DNA of 64,000 bases from an uncultured Chloroflexia bacterium (GTDB lineage: Bacteria; Chloroflexota; Limnocylindria; Limnocylindrales; CSP1-4): contig CAVVCZ010000004.1 in assembly GCA_963746845.1 (NCBI GenBank), positions 832,001 through 896,000 of the forward strand. The letters run 5' to 3'. This document shows, one piece after another, positions 62,014 through 64,000 of the stretch. Numbering within the stretch: the stretch's first letter is position 1; every line of letters starts with the position of its first letter. Position numbers and translations under genes: made by a program. The notes under the pieces were generated by a model. That model made no database searches. It was not told the DNA's origin and saw nothing but the letters and a program-made list of their open reading frames with translations.

Positions 62014-62329
62014 GGCGCCCCTTCGCGCGCGGCTCGCCCGCGCCGGACGGCGCTCTCTGCCGGCCGGGCAGCGTGACCCGACCTCGCCCCTACCTGGCCA
62101 TTCGTGCACCCAAGGCCCGTTAGGCGAGCTGGCGACGGGTCAGCGGCTCCTCGATCGGCCGGCGTCAGTCACGGACGGCTGACTCAGGGTCTAGCTGCGG
62201 CATCGAGGGGCTCGCTGAGTGCTCCAGCGGTCCCCTGGTGCAGATCTGATCAGTTTGGAGCCGTCAGCGTCGGGCTCGTAGCCACGGCGCGTGTCGCGAC
62301 CGGCGCCATCGAGCGACTCAGCGCCATGT

Positions 62330-62353
62330 TCGCAATGTGTCCGGCAATGTCAC
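62330..62353 (+). repeat. 24-bp direct-repeat site, copy A
   Basis: TCGCAATGTGTCCGGCAATGTCAC; 22/24 identical to copy B. Confidence 0.8.
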
Positions 62354-62405
62354 CGGGTGAAATGGCGCCCGACCAGGGATGTCGCGCCGCCCACCAGCTG
62401 TGGGT

Positions 62406-62732
62406 TCATTCCGGCGGCCGGAGAATCCAAGGGCTGATCGCGATGATTCCGATCGCGGCGACCGCAAGCAAGGTGAGAAGTAACGCGGCGATCCATCTCC
62501 TCGCGGTGCGAGCCTTCACGGTGAGGCCGGCGACGACTGTGCCGGCGGCCAGCCCGATTGCAATCGCGGCGTAAAGGCCGGTGTTCCCGATGCGTCCTGC
62601 TGGACCGAGGACCGCCTCAATCGCGCGGTGCGTCAGGAGATATGCGACTGTCCCAGCGAACGTCCCAACAAGCCAGCGCTGCCACGAGAGCCGAGCCGCT
62701 GCGGGCGCAGTGTCGCCCTCCTGATGGCCCAT
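62406..62732 (-). CDS. Small hypothetical membrane protein (about 3 TM segments)
   Basis: Hydrophobic 108-aa ORF; TACGAT -10 lies 6 nt before the ATG; codon usage is less GC3-biased than the core genes. Confidence 0.55.
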   Translation of the reverse strand: MGHQEGDTAPAAARLSWQRWLVGTFAGTVAYLLTHRAIEAVLGPAGRIGNTGLYAAIAIGLAAGTVVAGLTVKARTARRWIAALLLTLLAVAAIGIIAISPWILRPPE

Positions 62733-62837
62733 GTCAGCATCGTATGTCAACGTCACCGCCTGGAAGGTCCTCGGGCCACATCGCGTCCCTGACACCCAGC
62801 GTTCGCGAGTATCACTCGACGGCCTCCCGGTTGGTCA

Positions 62838-62848
62838 GTCGCAATGCG
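62838..62848 (+). repeat. Half-site of the 24-bp repeat (copy D)
   Basis: GTCGCAATGCG is identical to the left part of copy C; the right arm is absent. Confidence 0.5.
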
Positions 62849-62863
62849 GCGACGACCCGTGGA

Positions 62864-63304
62864 TCACGCCATCCGCTCGACCCACGCCGCGCGCCACGCT
62901 GGGGCTTCGAACGGCGGGGCGAAGTACCACGTCTCGCGATACACCTTGCCGTCTCGGAGCTGGATCAGAACCGAGAGGAACCAGGTGGAACCATCGGGGT
63001 AGACGCTCGTCCCATCGGCGAACCAGAAGTCACCGCTACCGACGACACGGTGGATCGTGTTCGCAGGAGTCAGGACCCACTCGTCCTTGCTTCCGACGAC
63101 GCGGACCGACAAGCCGCTCGGGCGCCCATCCGGCCAGTTCTCCATGATCGCCCGGTCGTTCGCGCTGCCTCGGATCCGCTCGCCCGACTGGGGCCACTCA
63201 ACCAACCAGTCCTCGTCACGCAAGGCGCCGGCCGAATCGTAATCATGCGCGGCCTGCGCTTCGACGTAGCGACGGACGATCTCCTCGTTTGACGGGTTCG
63301 CCAC
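62864..63304 (-). CDS. SnoaL-like / NTF2-fold protein
   Basis: EEIVRRY...EWPQSGERIRG...YPDG..W...IQLRDGKV.RET.YF..PFEAP.WRA.WVE. Confidence 0.85.
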   Translation of the reverse strand: MANPSNEEIVRRYVEAQAAHDYDSAGALRDEDWLVEWPQSGERIRGSANDRAIMENWPDGRPSGLSVRVVGSKDEWVLTPANTIHRVVGSGDFWFADGTSVYPDGSTWFLSVLIQLRDGKVYRETWYFAPPFEAPAWRAAWVERMA

Positions 63305-63395
63305 GTTCTCTCCCTCGGGTGCGTCGAGTCGCACCCATGATGGACCGGCCCGCGCGGTCGGGCCTCGTGTTGGGTCACACGAGGTGCTGTCGGCC

Positions 63396-63419
63396 TCGCA
63401 AAGCGTCCGGCAATGTCAC
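63396..63419 (+). repeat. 24-bp direct-repeat site, copy B
   Basis: TCGCAAAGCGTCCGGCAATGTCAC, followed by ATGG. Confidence 0.8.
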
Positions 63420-63437
63420 ATGGTCAGGCGGGGAGAC

Positions 63438-63894
63438 CTACTCCACAGGTCCGCGCCTTCACGGGACCAAGCTCGGGTCGCAGCATGGGCGAGATCAGCC
63501 TCCGCGGGCAGGCCGCCAAGGTCGCGTCCGGTGACCGAGCTCGAGCGGTGTTCCATCAGGACCCAGCCCGGCAGGTCCGGCGTCGCGCGTCTGGGTCGTG
63601 ACCGCTCATCGATGCGTAGCAATCGACCGCGCTGAAGGCGGCCTCGTAGGCGACGGCTCGGAGAAGCGTCGACGGCGGAAGGCGATGCGCCGGCGTTGCG
63701 AGTCGAGCCTCGCGCCGGCGGGAAACCGCCGGATGACCTCCTCGGTTCCGAAAGGATCGATGTCCCGGGGCCGATCGACCGAAGGAAGAGAAGCGGGCCG
63801 TGTGGGGCCGAGTTCGTCACGCGCAACTCGGACTGCAGCCCAGCCGGCCGGGTCGTGCACCAAGGTGGGCCGTTCGTCGAGTCAGCTCATCCAT
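63438..63894 (-). pseudogene. Multiply frameshifted small hypothetical gene
   Basis: CAGAAT -10 lies 7 nt before ATG 63894. Protein-like segments alternate between frames: MDELTRRT / LVHDPAGWAAVRVARDELG...DPFGTEEVIRRF / LLRAVAYEAAFSAV / PDLPGWVLME...TGRDLGGL / REGADLW. Confidence 0.45.
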
Positions 63895-63937
63895 GCCGGG
63901 CATTCTGCCGCCCTCAGTGAAGCAGTAGACGGCAACG

Positions 63938-63961
63938 TCGCAATGCGTACGCGAATGTCAC
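63938..63961 (+). repeat. 24-bp direct-repeat site, copy C
   Basis: TCGCAATGCGTACGCGAATGTCAC, followed by ATGG; 20/24 identical to each of A and B. Confidence 0.75.
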
Positions 63962-64000
63962 ATGGCCTTTGCGGGCGTTGTGTCGACTCGCGACGATCAG

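Noticed and set aside
62119-62125. GTTAGGC matching the integron core site GTTRRRY at the start of the lower-GC region
   Set aside because: No upstream RYYYAAC inverse core or attC hairpin was found, the motif does not recur between the small genes, and no intI is in the window.
62104-63292. + strand ORFs 62104-62574, 62558-63292 and 62731-63147
   Set aside because: They have no motifs or translation signals and overlap better-supported minus-strand genes.
62330-63961. The 24-bp repeats as a CRISPR array
   Set aside because: Spacing is over 500 bp with genes in between, and there are no cas genes.

Overview
Very GC-rich bacterial chromosome segment. Gene content and order and the type-2 IleRS suggest Chloroflexota, possibly Limnocylindria-like; this taxonomy is inference. 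Bases 1-60 kb are an almost entirely minus-strand housekeeping super-cluster. In transcription order it reads ileS-lspA-rluD-gmk-priA-[islet]-def-fmt-rlmN-rpe-dtd, rpmB(+), asp23-DAK2-recG-rsmD-coaD-hyp-yceD-rpmF-plsX-asp23-nusB-acpP-rnc-smc-ftsY-ffh-hyp-rpsP-khpA-rimM-trmD-rplS-rnhB-hyp-yraN-rpsB-tsf-pyrH-frr-uppS-cdsA-dxr-rseP-ispG-nusA-ylxR-infB-rbfA-nrnA-truB-ribF-rpsO-pnp. An LCP gene on the + strand follows, then a compositionally different tail at 62.1-64 kb. Four observations stand out. (1) pnp, missed by the ORF track, has an intact-looking DEDDh (DnaQ-like) 3'-5' exonuclease domain inserted in frame between its two RNase PH domains. (2) The last 1.7 kb looks like a cassette array: co-oriented single small genes in ~0.5 kb units, separated by a directly repeated 24-bp dif/tyrosine-recombinase-like site. 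(3) An islet encodes a membrane-spanning SARP/beta-propeller/solute-binding fusion that faces a secreted cupin and a cupredoxin lipoprotein across 11-bp-phased SARP boxes. (4) IleRS2 carries the non-canonical GVHH motif. Several single-base frameshifts fall in GGCC contexts and are probably sequencing errors. No rRNA, tRNA, CRISPR array or transposase was recognised.
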